A stretch of 64,000 bases of DNA from Lingula anatina (GCA_051362555.1 CM120645.1:22878001-22942000); one strand, 5' to 3'. Numbered from the stretch's first letter, positions 42,034-57,200 are shown. The notes: generated by a model from the letters alone, not told the origin. Numbers and translations: made by a program.

Positions 42034-42185
42034 AGGCCTGTAGCCAGGGGGGTTTGGGGGGGGGGAGGTTTCGAAGGAACCACCTTTTTTTGTCAGGAAA
42101 AGGTCCATTCTGGACAAAATTTGATCTAAGTTTCATTGTAAAAGGTCCATTTTTTTCAAAAAAAGAAACCCCTTTTGAAATTGCT
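42034..42185. mobile_element. Degenerate or truncated non-autonomous DNA-transposon (MITE-like) fragment
   Basis: Begins AGGCCTGTAGCCAGGGGGG followed by a G-run, GAACC/GAAACCCC motifs and two AAAAGGTCCATT internal repeats. It resembles a common marine-invertebrate MITE style recalled from memory. The right TIR is not found. Confidence 0.45.
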
Positions 42186-42206
42186 GTCTTTCCCTCTTTA
42201 TCTCTC

Positions 42207-42219
42207 ATACACACACATA

Positions 42220-42273
<54 letters not shown>
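42207..42273. repeat. (CA)n microsatellite
   Basis: Directly visible. Confidence 0.95.
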
Positions 42274-42274
<1 letters not shown>

Positions 42275-43406
42275 TCGCACACCTCAACCAGCTGACAGTA
42301 CTGCCCCATCCACAAGGTCAGCCAGCGTGTCTCCAATATTAAACCAACCATTGTCAGTTAGCTATAATTATAGAACCATTATTACGGCAGCAGTCTCACA
42401 AGTCTGATAAGGAAGTGACAACTTATGTCATTAGTAAATAAATACTTGTTTCACACTGCCTTACCATATTAAGAAAGCTTTCATTTTATTTCAATCGAAG
42501 TAGAATTTTAAGTAAAGACAAACCTCTTTCATCAAATAGGCCCACCTAAGAGCTTTCAGGATGAAAATAAGACATGTTAAAATATCTGAGAAAAATATTA
42601 ATTGAAATGTCATATTTGTAGATAAAGATAATCTCTGACTCAATACCTCTTCTCCTTACACAATATATATATACCCATAATACACCATAGCCATGTAAAG
42701 CCATTGTGGACATTCCTTTTTGGACAAACCACAAAATAACAAACCCTGGACCAACAGCCACCCACATAGTGGTCAAGTGGTGGTCACTGCTACATAACAT
42801 CATATCACAGCCAAAACACTGTCCAACACCTCTGGCCATGTCTTAGATAGAGTACAGATATCTACCTGAGATTACATCATAAAGCAGGGGCAGACAGAGG
42901 CTGTCTTCTGGGTCTTCTGGAAGATGGTCAAAATTTTTAAGTTAAAATTGACGAGCGTCTAATTTTTCCTGTCGGAAGATGGTCAAAAATGGAGAATGGA
43001 TCAACAAAGATAATTTGGAAGACTGTCAGAAAACATCTCTGGATCTGCCCCTAAAGTGCCCCTCCAAATGTTCACAACTATATACTTACTGCCTGTCACT
43101 CCTCAATACTGTCAATGTTACACTGTCAATCACGTCAATCATATTCTTATCACACACCATAGCAGATCAGAAGACCATGATCAAATTTCTCCTGAATTTA
43201 TATACCATTGATATCCTGGCCTTACTCACCTGGCAATTCGTCAGATTGCTTCTAAAGATTTCCCAGACACAGCAAATGAAGTGTGCTCTAACTTATTTAA
43301 CAATCTCCGGGAAATACAGTTCGTGTGATTGAATTCCTAATCCTTAATATTCTATCTCCGAGGTGCAGCTTACAGCCCTGCACTCCTGGGGTGGATTTAC
43401 AAGACG

Positions 43407-43418
43407 TCTGACGTCAGA
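43407..43418. promoter_or_regulatory. Perfect CRE (TGACGTCA) inside the 12-bp palindrome TCTGACGTCAGA
   Basis: The motif is seen directly, about 180 bp upstream (minus sense) of a consensus donor CAG|gtgagt at 43230. Function is unproven. Confidence 0.3.
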
Positions 43419-45176
43419 TAAAAACCTACTGCCATGCTGAACACAGCAAAGAGAGGAAAAGTGGAGTTATTCTGTTGAATAAGGAACTAATCTGGCAGAA
43501 AAACATTTCCCCATCTCACTGATTTCTTGGATTAAAATCCCCCTATCTTGTCCTCCACATGGTGGCATCTCTGCGGTAGCGTCTGCTTTGATTTTGACGG
43601 CTTAACTAAGTGTATTGAAAAGTGCTTTGGTCACAATCAATCTGGTCTTGTTAATGTATTGTTTATTAATTATCCAGACTTCATATATAACCCAATAAAG
43701 CCCTGACTGAGTATTCTAAGAAATTAACAGGAGAAAATCTGATCTGGGGCCTGGAGATTTTTAATGAGCTGATGATTACAGACCAAAGATGCCTTCTCCC
43801 AAATCCCTCCGAGTAATGACTCTTGCTGTAGTAATTAAAAGTTGAACAATATTAGTCCGTAGATAATGCATATTCTTTTGACTGCGGCCTTTGCGGATCC
43901 TGCGCCACCAGAGGATTGACGAGATGTGATTCATGGACTGATCATCCAAAATGCTCTTTAATTAAGATATCACAAAGGTAGTGATGGGCTCTAACGAGGT
44001 TTAACCCATGTTAAGCAGTGATTAAAGGCAAAATTTGCGTATCATTTTTAATACGTACAAGGCTGCTCATTGTTAAGCATTATACACATCAATTTCATGG
44101 TCAAACATACGTGTGTATTAAAAGGAAATGTGATTTTATTCAAAACGGCGTACTTCACATCTGGGCAGCAGCTATAGATTTTGTGAAGCTTCAAGAGACA
44201 AAATTTGTTTTGAATGAATTTTCATGACCACTTTTTCCAATGTGGTCTGACACATCATGAAAGACAGTACTACACATTAAATAGAAACCACAGAGCTAGA
44301 TTCAGAGAATTAACTAACATGCAAGTTATGAGAAATAATGCCAATTTTGTTAAAGGGCAAATGTAGCCACAACCACACCACACTACACTTAATGTCATCT
44401 TGTGTGGTAAAATAACAAAAAATCAATGCAGGATGGTTGCAAACGAAATGGCAGCCATAAATTTTGTCAATGATGATGGCCTGTCAGCAAAAAGAGAAAA
44501 ATTGTCACCATCATTTAGATATTATGTTCTATTGGTGACAATGCTTGCGACCATGCCCTCTTGAAAACATGATCATAATGGCAATTGATAGTGCTGGTGG
44601 TACCCTCCTCAAGTACAGCCATCTGGGTGGCAAAAAATGCTTTTCAAAAGAAAAAGAATTTGTAACTTTAAACTGAGTCATCAATTTGGTGATTAAAACT
44701 GCCAGCTAAATTCATTGTAACCAAAGTGTCAATAACCTCGATCTCCCAAAAAGCACCCATTATTTGCTAAATCGTCATCCATACCTCTCACAAAATGCTT
44801 TTGACGGGCATTGAGTTATTTCACACTTATAATGATTAAAAATCACTCTATCGAAATTAATAATATTTTTTTTGTAAAAACCACACACAAAAGTTAGCAA
44901 AAAACCCAAATGGTGCAGTCAAATTTCAGGTTAACTAATTAGACCATCTAAGCTCTCTAACTGACTTATTCATATCATGCTTTATCTCAAGTTGCTTTTT
45001 TCTGCAGCAAGTTTTTTGCCTAAGCCAATAGATACCTTTATCCCCCTTCAGATATTAAATTACTTAAGCCAATTGATAATGGCTGTTATGTATTTAATGT
45101 CAAATCAGCTGTCATCAATATTCCAAGTTTTTTATTGGTAGGATGTTGACAGCGGTTGGGGGGGATGCAAAATAAT

Positions 45177-45177
<1 letters not shown>

Positions 45178-45208
<31 letters not shown>
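45178..45208. repeat. (CA)n microsatellite
   Basis: Directly visible. Confidence 0.95.
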
Positions 45209-45210
<2 letters not shown>

Positions 45211-48200
45211 TATTACCCTACACTGAACAAGTTAAAATCCTCATAAAAACAATAAAAAAGAGAAGTAGCAATCTTTTTCACGTACCATGTCTGCCAAAGT
45301 GGCAGAAGATGTGATTGATTGGAGACAGTAGCTGTATGTCAAGGACAGAGACACAGGTGACGACCCCCTGTCACCTGTCTTCTCTCACCTGTCAGTATAC
45401 CTGAGATGACAAAGTAGTACCCAGGTGAAATATTTCTGTTCACAGTGACAGGATTAGGGGGCTCATAGGTTTCCCAACAAGATTTCAGGCAGACATTGAT
45501 CCAAAATTGAAGACTGAAAAAATTTGTCAACTCTAAGCACAAAATAAATCAAAAGTGGTCCATTTAACTGAACTGCTGTTCCTGCCTTATCCCAATCATG
45601 AAAATCGAAATACTCAAAAAATTATTCAAAATATCCAAAATACTTTGTCTGAAAGCTCAGACCAATTTTTTAATCAGAATTCATTTTCAAAACCATCCAA
45701 AGAGTGGTGAACCAACACTTCCCAACATTTCCTCCCAACACATCAATATTCTGTTTATCTCAGGTAAATCTATTTGAATACAGGATTGAGCTGACTTCAC
45801 TTTTGGCAGATTGAGGTTTGCACTGTCAAAGTAGTTGGTCTCACATGTCCAAGCAGGTAACCACAATATCTGTCCCCTACCTGTATTTATGTCCCTTCAA
45901 AATATGACGAAAAAACAGACACCTTATGTTAGGTCACTATTTCGAATCATACCCAAATTTATATATAAAATATATAAGGAAATGACATAATTATCATAAA
46001 TACGTATAAAACTCACCAAGTAATATGAATAAAATATGTCCGTTTAACCAGTGTGAAATAATAACTCTCCTGGTGGCAGCTGTTGCGTGACGATTATTAA
46101 TGTTCAATCATTTCTGGACTGAGAACCATTAATGTTACTTTGAAAGGGGAGACAACAGTCCTCAATAGTTCTTATGATCTATGTCCTGTCTGTTGTGATG
46201 ATTTGTGTATCTAAATAGATCTTCTAAATACATGTTTATTTATTGCTCATAAATCATTATAGGTTAAGATTTCATTCAGTCTGACCAGTAAACCAATTAT
46301 GGATTCAAAGCATAGGCTTAGCACATTACATTTTCACAAGTTGCTAAAGGAAAACAGGATAAAATATCAACAATTTATCAATTCCTTAAAAAACATTTTA
46401 TTTATTTTTTTTTTCTTAAAAGAATTAGAATTTTCAATCCAGACTCCAGGGAATACTGCCTCCTTTTCCAGGAAACTTCTTAAGCACTAAAAACTGGGTT
46501 TCCTATTATTTTCCCTAATTTTAACCTAAGATCTAATAAACGGTATATTAGATCTTAGTTTTAACAGACCTGCCCCTAACCTGTATGTTTAATACGTGGC
46601 ACTTTTACGAGGACTTCTTCATCACTGCAGACATAACCTTTTAACAGAGCAGCCACTATAACATCTCGTCTAGTAGAACACGGGATAACATAAGCCCTCT
46701 TTTTTCTACGATTTTTTACTGGGTGTGGTAGCACCTCCACATTTATCATATTTTATATTGAATATTTTAAATTTCCAACAAAATCAACTTTTGGCTGGTA
46801 AAGGTCTGCTATGAATCAAAAACTGATTTAAATTCTATGCCATTTCTTATGCTGGATCAATTAAGGAGGTAAAACAGTCCATATTTTCATAAAGAGAGCT
46901 TCTCCTCAGAAATAGCTGGCTACAGATCTGAGCTAGGTGTGGGGTAGCACTGACCATTGTGTTCAGGTAGGCAGGGAGGATTGTGTTTGGTGTTACTGCT
47001 GAGATTGCTACCTGATTGTACTAAGGACAGTGTTGTCCTCTCATATGTGGGTATTAAGACTTTACTATTATTACTTACGCTTGTTGTTTTTACATTGCAA
47101 GTAAAGCAAATTAACATGGCTTCATTCTTGCGGTGCCTTGTAAAATACACATATTATATTGAGTAAAAATGGCGTGTTGCTATCTCATTTAATTAATGCA
47201 GCTTGTTCTACAATAATTATAGAACAAACAACTGCTCACCAACCCCCAGGTACATCTTTAAAAAAGGCATAAAAACATCTATTCCATTATCTGATAAACA
47301 GATAACTTCTACGCTAAATCACAGGTGTTCAGAAAAAAAAAAGAAAGAAAGCATTAGGCAACTTATTACCATTATCTATCGAGTACCTGCAACACAGAAT
47401 CTCCGGTACAGGTGAAAAAGTTGACTTTTTTCAATAACCTGGTGCATTTTCATCTCTTTGCGAAGCATGTTTCCCAATAGGGGCCAATCAAGAGCTCATA
47501 TTTGCGCAGATACAACCATCTGATTACTCCCTAAAATCGTGCTTTTCCTATTTTTTATCAGGGTGCGTAATCTTTTAGGAAATTGCCGAGGTGTTAGTTG
47601 GAAGAGTTTGGGGGAGATATACTTCATAAAGTTTATCTATCGTACACTTTGGAGGGCAAAAATGACTGTGATATAGAGATGAAGTTCAAGATACAGACAC
47701 TGTGCGTGAGAAATAATGAGATTATAAGTCCAAAACAATTTGTAATGACGTCCAATGAAGAGGTTTCCACTGATTATCGAAAACCGAAGGTTAAAAAAAG
47801 GATTAATTGATATCTTTTAAAGACAAGACTTACATGAACATTACATACAGAGGTTTATAGAGATATATATTTGTTGTACAGATGTTAGTGAAAGAAGTAA
47901 GCATTTGAGTGCAGTTACACCATACAGATCAACCATATCAAGTTCAGTGTGTGATGGAGGGAAACTCTCAGTACCTCTGACACTGAGGGGGATTTCAAAC
48001 AAAAAAGCACCTGTACCAAGTCTAGTTTTCCAGGCAAAACACTAGCTTAATACATATCATGCATATCAAATGTCCCACAAAATTTTTGGCATTTCATTTT
48101 CAAGCAAATGCCTGTGTACTTTCTAGGTTTTTGGTGTTACCCAAAGAAAAGTTGTACAAACATTACCACGGGAATCGGGGTGTGTTCAGAGGGGTCGGCA

Positions 48201-51200
48201 CCTGTACATTGTCCAGCTGTCAGAGTGAAATTCTTGTCCAAGTGAAGATCAAACAGAGAGCAACTTATCTCTGATTGGACAGAATTTTCGGCCCTTCTCA
48301 TCTTTTCCCCACTTCAAAACAAATCTATTAACTTCAATTGAAAGCCGGAGAATCCAGTGTCCGTCTCTCTTTCAACAGTCTGCCAAAGATTAAAGAGGAG
48401 AGGGCTGGACGGTTATCTAGTCTTGCTGATTCAGTTGGTCAGCTACGGCATGTTATGAACTGACCGCTGGATAGTTTTACCAATGACCAGGGTCAAACGG
48501 ACCATTTTTCCCTTCTCCTTGCTTACCTACCTCCACTGCACTTTAAATACGTCTAAATTCAAGCTGATTAATGCTTATTAAATGGTATTCAGATTACATT
48601 CTTAAAGCAGGTATGCTGTTTTTTCCTTAATGTAAACAAAAACAAATAATTTACGAGTACTTACGTAACCCTGGTTTGACAAGGAATTCATCTGGACCTG
48701 AACTTGGCAACTTCAGAAAGCTTCAACAGGTATACCTTTTTAACTGAGATGACTAAACTTTATTTCCTCATCTTCAAAAGACTACATCCACATTTAGAAT
48801 TGACATTATATAAGAGTAACATGTTTATCACTAATGTAACTCTTACTATATTAATCAATATCTGTCACTTACAATAAATTAATTAAGTACGTATAAAAAA
48901 CAACTTCAGTCATTTGTGTCCCAATCTACCAATACATTGGAACCAGGCTTACAATAAGATAATTCCACACCACACTATTTGTACTGATTTGGTGTCAATT
49001 TTCAAAGGGAAGATCCATCATTCCCTATCTCAATGTAAGGATACAAGGCCCAGCTTCCCCCCTCCCCTTCCCTTTCTTCTCTCAATCAAGGTGACTGACA
49101 TATTCCATCTTTTCTCCTGATGTTCTATCATGGCATATGTAACAGTAAAGCTTTGAAGTTGGACACATCAATAAAGAGGTTAATAAGCTGATCAGTCTGT
49201 AGAATTGATTGTGTTGGCCTCCACCTGGAGGGGGATGGACAGATATGGACACTATGGACCATTGTTCATATTCTGCCTACAAGGGGGGTTGTGATTTTCA
49301 AAAATAATGTTCTAAATAATTATTTGAATTTTTTCTGAATTTATTTTTGAGAAATCTTTTATACACCAAAACATGTATCTAATTAATGATGAAATGTGTA
49401 TTCTTTTCAAGGTAATTGCACATTATTTTCTAGCTTTTTTACCTGCCATAAAATTTTACGCCATTTATATCCATACTCTTTTAGCCCAAGAGAGTTAAAA
49501 TGTGCTGTAAGTATTTTTTATAAAAATATCAAAATGTAGTATGAAGAGCAAAACACAATACAGAGGGGAAAATGCTGCGAAAACCGATATCAACTTGCTT
49601 CCTTCACATCTCAACATGACATAATCAGTCTAAAACTTGTTCATACTCTGTGATTAAGCCCTAGAATTCAAAAAGCAAAAAAAAAATATGAGAAAAAAAA
49701 CCTTGATCAAGGTACCATACAGCATCATTAGACCATCTACAAGTCAACACCGTCTTTTCCTCCACAGGAAGCTTCATCATACTGAAAGATGAATCTTTTT
49801 ACTGAGCAGTCAAGATGAGAAAACCCCTTGCCCCTGTTCCTGTTAACATCAGGTATAATGAGGTCTTTGATATTAAATCTGAAATGCCATGATGCTGTAA
49901 GTGGTCTCATAATAAGAAGACTCCTGTCTGGTAATGAGCGAGGCTGACGGCTGGGGTGGCAGAGATCAAATGGTGGGATATATTCTAGGCATCTCTTAGA
50001 TTTACTCATTTAGACAGAGACGAGATTCTCTGTGATCTGTGTTTTGATATTCTAGCAATGTGTTTGAATTCAGTCTCTCTGGAGTGCAGGCTATTTCTAG
50101 TATTTAACCACCTCATACCAAACTTTCCATTTCTGTGAAAAAGGGGATAGCGAAATTTTGATCTTGAATTATTTGGACTCTTATTAATTACCAGGGGCAT
50201 GTCCTTTCTCATTACTAATATCACAAACCATATTTCCATTTGTATACAGTATAGACTGTTCATCACTGGTATTATGCAAACCTAGTACCAGAGCTATTAA
50301 TGAGTGTCTTTCTGTTTTAATTGATTACCCCCTATGAAGTCACACTTGTCAGGGTTGCACCATGATGTCAGAGGCAGGTCAGCACTGTTTACACAACATG
50401 GAAAGAGAGGGAGGGCAAAATACAAACCAAATGGTACACAGCTATAGTTTCTCAACATTCATCTGGCCATTATGAAATAATCAATTATGATACGTACTTG
50501 CATCAAGCTGTCAATTGCATTACTTCTGGCTGTGACTTATGATTATGACAATTAATTCCAAGTAAAAGACTGTTTGGATGGCAATAACCTCTAGTCTCTG
50601 GCGTGTAAATGTACTTTATTAAAACTTACACTCGAATAGCTTCAGTTCAAAAAGTATTTTAAGTCACAAACCTTTTGAAACGGACTCCTAAAAACACTTG
50701 AAACTGACAGACTGCAAGACTCACAGGTGTAAATCCTTCATGTTTAGAAACGTCAAAGATGAATGTCAGATATTGACCCTCTTCTTCTTTGGTGCAAGTT
50801 CTCAGTTTTACCCGATTTGCGATAATTCAAACCACCAAAATATCCCTGTAACTGTCTATTGCTTTATTCTTTATTAAAAACAGACAGCTATAAAACACTG
50901 TGGCCAGCTAATCTGAATAACTACCAGAACCTACGAGAGGGCAGAATGTTGAGGTTCTTAAAAGCTTTGCAAGGATGGGTGTATCCACCTCACTAAAAAA
51001 CACCGAAAGATATTAAATACCCATAAAGTCTAGAAAGAAGTGTATTAACACCTCTCCATAATACATCACAAATCATGTGTTGAAGACCTTTGCAGGACCT
51101 TGCTAATTTCTAAGAATACACAGGTAATACATTTATATTAACTGTCACAGAATACATGGTAACAGATAACTATAAACTATTCAAGACCACTCCGTACAAG

Positions 51201-54200
51201 ACATCTATCACCTCTCCTCATGTATGGATCCATCATAAAGAATCATAAAATTAGACTTCTCGGAGCATTTCAGAGGTAACCATCAACTTCTAGGAGCATC
51301 CAGGTAACAGGTCTGACAATAAACTATGGGGAAATAAATAATAATATGCCTGCCCTCTGGTGTGCCTTTAACAGCCAGCCAGCGAGGTTTTCAAGAACTT
51401 TCCCAGTGCCAACCGATTACCGTGGGAGTTATGAGTGCCATAGATTGTCTGTGTTTGACAATTGCCTTCCTGTTCCCTGATTGTTTCACAGTGCCATGTA
51501 AACAGATAGGTGTTTTATCATCAATCAAGGCAAGGTAGAGCCAGTGCAGGGGCTTTCACCTGTTGCCTTCTTAATTAAGGTTCCAGTTGGGTTGAATCTG
51601 CTTATGAGGTGCACATGAACCATAATGTGTATCAACTGTTAGTTTTGTTCTTCATGCTCAAGTTGATTTCTTAAGTTTGTAGAATGTTTGGCTATAAATC
51701 TTAAGATAAAGGCCTAACAATATATACAGAGCATAATGCTAAATTAAAACAAATTTGACTGTAATTTCCAAACTTTCCCCCTCACCCACAGCACTATATC
51801 AAGACACATCCGCTGTTTCAATTTTTTTCGTGATCATTTTTATCACAGTCAGATAAAACTCTTATCCCTCAGATGACAAAGACAACACTGCGAAAACACG
51901 ATGATCACGAGGTAAACACGCCCTTTCCCAGGGTTCGCAAAAGATGAAAAGTGCCCTAATCCTACGTAATGATATCTGGATATCTTAGTGATAGTTATCA
52001 AAAGATGAAAGAGTGCGACAATCCCATAATGCACAATGAGATAACCCATTCATGCCCGGCTTAGATATGATAATGGAATAATTGAAGAATACAGAACAAA
52101 TCGTTATTAAGTATGCTATCATGTATCCAGGGATATTGGTTCTGAGCCTAGTGTTTGGGTAATAACAGGCTTAAAGGGAGTGGTCATATTTGGGGGAGGG
52201 GGAGAGGGCAATATTCATATTCATTTTTTGCAATAGCTTAATCAATTATTTTAACTTACTGAGTACAAAGTAAGGTACCTATATTATTCATTATTATAAA
52301 TACAAGTTTTAAATTACAAAGATTACTTTAAAAACAACAGAATAGCAGGATGCTGAATAATTATCAATGATTTAGAAGCAATCATATGCAAATTTAGGAC
52401 ATTTAAATCAATATTAAAATCAACTTTTCATTCATGTTATTTATATTAATCTTATAGCAAATATTTCATGTTATATGTACAGGGATTTGCTTGGCCCAGT
52501 TCTCCATAGCAAGGTACCGTCTGTCACAGGTGTGCAGGAAACGAAGGTCGTCTGCTCAGCTTCTGCTCTTCCTTTTCAGCTTGTCTACATCTTATATTTG
52601 CTTTTAATCGCTCTAAATATTTGGTCTTATTAATTAGTAAGGAAATGAGATGTTTTGAGATACAGGTGTGAAAAATCCAAAAATATCAAATACTCTGTCT
52701 ATATGTCAACTTTTGTTAATTTCCACTTACTCCACTGTATTCTACAAATAATTCAAACACATCAGCAAAATATTAGACACAGTAATTAACTTGAGCCTAC
52801 ATACAAACAATCAGTTTAAGAAAAATTATTACAATAGAAGCAAATAACACTTTTGCAGCTTATTTTCCAGATACCTTGGTGCCAATATTACTGCTGGACC
52901 TGCCCCAATCAACAGATGCAGAAGGAGAAGTCGGTTCAATGTACCCTCACTCTCAGGAATATCAGACTGAAGGAGCTACATCTTACAAGAGGTGAAAATT
53001 CCAGAGATTTTATCAGACAACACAGGTTTTAGGATAAAGGTGAACCTGCTCACAGCAGGGAGAGTATGTGTATGTAGATATATATATATTTATACACAGA
53101 ACTTCAAACTTTTAGTAGGAAAACTCTGCAGAGAAGGCTTTGGGAGGGATTCAGCAGAGGGGGAGCTGTGATAGTGCTGAAGACTGCAGTCTCTGAGACA
53201 TCCCAGTATAAAAGATGGTGATCTGATTATCAGCTGTAGATATGAGTATTAGCTGCTCAGAGTCAAACTCATTTTACATTTTAACATAAAACCTGGTCAA
53301 ATATCAATTAACACCCATTATAATGACGGAAATAATAGTTAACATTTAAAATGTGAAAAAAAGGAAAAAAATCAAGAAGTGACAATGAATAGCAAAAACA
53401 CTTCACTAAAAAAAAAAGATTTTTTTTATCCCTGCAATTTCAAGCCACTAAATCAAGTACCTGTTCTCTATTCTGGTCCCCTCTCTGAACCCTCACAGCG
53501 CTGTCTGACCAAGTTATTCGTACAAACGGTAGCCAAATAAACCCCAAATAAACCGTCCATCACGCCTTTCACCAAAGGCCACTGCACTTACTTTGCCTAA
53601 TTGGCTCATCTTTTTTAGCCTAAACTCTGGACTAGATCTCATTAACTTCCCGTCTCCACATGTATTTCTTCTCCATGATCTACACAAGCTAGATTTACAT
53701 CAGTGGTTTTCCCAAAAATCTACTTTGTCCAATTATCGCAAGTTTATGAGCTGTTGTATTTCTATTTTAGTGGAAATTTAGCTTTTTGTACATTGGAACT
53801 GGTATTGCACTTTTTGCCCTATAATGTAGAATGTCTGCAGCAGCTGGAAATAGCCATGGTATGGCTTTCGTTGGGATGTTTACTAAACTTTGAAGGCTGC
53901 TGTTTACAAACAGAAAAACAGAGGTGCAAATCGTTAAATGTTAAGATATGGCTACTTAATTTACTGCGCTTGCTAGCACAAGAGGAAGACAAAAATCAAC
54001 AGGAAATTCAATCACCAAATTTACCTAATTCTCTCTCTCTTTTCAAGTTGGAATTTTTAACAGTTTGAGGAATCCTGTCATTCTGAAAATCATTAGTTCT
54101 GAAAGGAAGTAATTCAGTGGAAAATTGTCCAAAAATATTCTAGAAATGCATCAAAGTGCTTTGATGTTCTAAAAGACTTAAAAATCAATTAATTAAAACA

Positions 54201-57200
54201 GCTTTTGTATATATCCTGCATCCGTTTTATTCTAAAATCTCAAAATAGTGAGGAAAAATTTGTTGCTGAAAAGCCATGCCAATCCACCAATCAGATACCA
54301 CTGCAATACAAGCGATATCATATCTGCAGCATTCCTAATTATAGACGCATTCTTGGAATGGTATTCTACTTTTATCAACCCAAACTCCCCACTTTTTGCA
54401 AAATCTGTTCCTCATTTCTTTTTCCAATTTTCCATAGCATGTTCGCATTTAAGGCAAAACATGTCCTTGGTTTGAAAGCTTATCGCCCATGAGTAAAACC
54501 AGGTTGAATAAATACGTACGCGTGCTGCCAAAAAACTACCCATTTATATTGCGATTATTGCCACAGTGAGGCCTGCGTATTGGAGTAGTCATTCATAAAA
54601 TCTTGGGAAATCTCCAAAGCACGGCTGCTTACCTTATGATGTTTGAGCTACCTTTGCAAACTTCATATGTTTCTAAGTGGGAAATGTCACTTTTTTATTA
54701 CATTTCTATGTGTAGCACATGCCCCTTTACAAGGTCAAGGTCACTTTCTGGATTCACAGAAACCCAACCTTTCTCTAAATACACAAAAAATTGCTGCATA
54801 TGATGAAATTACCATGTATAAGGTTTAAAACATTTTTATGTATAAGCAAGCAAGACAAGTTTAATTAAACATAGGTTTCACTGTGCCCTCTACTGCAGCA
54901 AAAAGAAAGATAGTAAGAAAGAAATAATAAGTGACAGTGTCATAAAATTGGCTCCTGGTTCTTCATAAAATTTATGAAATTTTAGGTGACAATACCACTC
55001 ATCTTATAAATTTTTCTCTCCACCCTCCCAGCTAGCCCAGTAATCATGTAAGCCTATGACATAACCCAGTGCAGTAGGCTTCTCAACCAGGGTCCAAACA
55101 AATGAGCTTGAAATTCCATCAGAAATACAAACCAATTAGTCATCATAGCCTGCCGCAAATCACTACCCAGTAGTGCAATAATATTTTCATTTATTATACA
55201 CAGAGTTAGTAAATTAAGCAAAAAAAAAAACTAGGTACCGTATTTTCTTCACGGCTCAGTTTAATCCTTGCTCAGCGCAAAATTCTCCCTTAAAAGAAGC
55301 GATTATAGAAATATTCTCCACCTATAACAATGTAACAAAGTCTTTCCAAATATAACAATGTCTGCCAACAACTGAACACTTAGACGTGGTCACATTGGAA
55401 TATTTGAGACACGTTCTGAAACTATCTGGAGTAGGTTCAGTGTTTTCAGTGTCAAACAATCTGCCTTAAAATTGGTGACAGCAATAAATATCCTGCTTCT
55501 TTCTAAGTAATGCATTTAACACTTTGACTCATTGTGTTAGATGAAGAGCATCAATTGCAATCAATATCGTTGCAAATTAATAATATGTGGAAAAAAGTCT
55601 GGATGCCATTTGGCCACAATGTGACAAGTTTCGGACCCGAACTGATTTTAGCCCGTGTCTTAACTTGCTTAAATGTGAACACATCCACTTCCCCAGTATG
55701 AACACGTCTTATTCCCTAGCATTCAAGGGTACCATGGTACTCTATGGTTCATATTCAATAATAAACAGCCTAAGTACTGGTATTTTGGAGGGGGGAGGGG
55801 TTTATACAGCCAAATGGAGCATAGGGGATCAACCAGGACCTATATTGAATCAAAACACCCTGTAATCTCCTAGGTAAATACCCTGGCCAGAGAAGGGAGA
55901 GGATTAAGAAGGGGCGGAACTTTGATCAGCGCCCCTCTCCTGATGATGTGTTTTCACCTGGAGTGAGAGAAGATGATGTAATTGGTCTTATACTCCCTCC
56001 TATATACCTGTGTGCTTCTCCTCAAGTGCTGAGACATGGTCACAATAGATACGAATATAGAAACCAAGCTTACAATAAGACAGCACTGCCAACATGAAAG
56101 AACTCAACATGCAGATCTTTCCTCTCACATCCTTATTTTTAAAATAGAGATACACCTTTGAACAATGGAGGTCTGTCAAATCGCACATACAATAAGCATA
56201 TACATGTGTAGACTCAATGCTTTTGTACAGCTGGGCAGAGAAAGGTGGATTGAAAAGGGAGAAATGAAGATAAAATCTCAACTGCACTACCAATAATCAA
56301 GTCAAACACTCAACTACAGTACACCACATTTCATTTTCCCCACATTTTCCTGATTACTTTTCATTCACGGTGTAATTTCATTTGTATAAAGTCCAGTAAT
56401 TCAATCCAGCTTCCCAAACCATTGTTTCTACATTTAGTACAGCCCTGAAGAGGATCAGGAAATAGCTGCTCTCTTCCAATCTGACCCTATAAGTAAAGAG
56501 GCATGTATAAAACTCAAGAGCTATTCAACATTTAAAGAGGCAGTTTTAAGTGGAATGAACCCATTTCAAACCTAACCTTATGTCCCTCTCCAACAGGCCT
56601 TCTTCACTTTTAACCTTCACCGAGAGTTCAATCATAAAAATTAACTGATAACTGATGATCGTTTTCAAAACATGTATTCTAGAATTTCTACCAATATGTT
56701 CTACATCATGCCCTGCTGAGTATAAAATTATAATAAGTTTCCAGACAAGTCTTAAACATTTTATCACTAGTAATCTCTTATTTCAGACAATAAGGGCACA
56801 TGTCATAACAGTTCTAGATAATTCATTGCCTTAATTACAGCAGAATAAATGATCACTTTCTTCATTTCATTTGACGTACTTTATAACCACATATAACAGA
56901 AATTATCATCCCAGATATTTCCACCACTATGTCAGGCACTGACATTTCAAAGTCTTACCAAAAAAGGTCAAACTGTTTATCAGATTTATGAATAAAGCCT
57001 CCGCAAAAGCTGATCAAATTTTGACATGGTTTACCCTTTTTGGGCCATAAATTACAAACAAGTAAATAGAGTCTTTGTTAGACTACATCAGCATAAGTGT
57101 ACCCTTTTCCTCTGATCTAATTCTCCTCAAATTTACCTTGCAACATCAATTAACTGTATGTCAAGGTTTAAATAGACTTTTTATTGACCGTCCTGTTAAG

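Noticed and set aside
51849-52049. 66-aa minus-strand ORF starting MGYLIVHYG in a mildly CpG-rich patch
   Set aside because: No convincing phase-0 donor and no recognisable homology.
48665-53642. Micro-exon candidates MNSLSNQGY (48691-48665) and MRSSPEFRLKKMSQLGK (53642-53592) as standalone features
   Set aside because: They are phase-compatible but have weak exon-side donors and little supporting context, within chance expectation. They are listed only as sites to test.
54633-54680. Strong donor AAG|gtaagc
   Set aside because: The nearest ATG frame stops before the donor and the phase-0 frame has a stop. It could only be a non-coding exon, with no other support.
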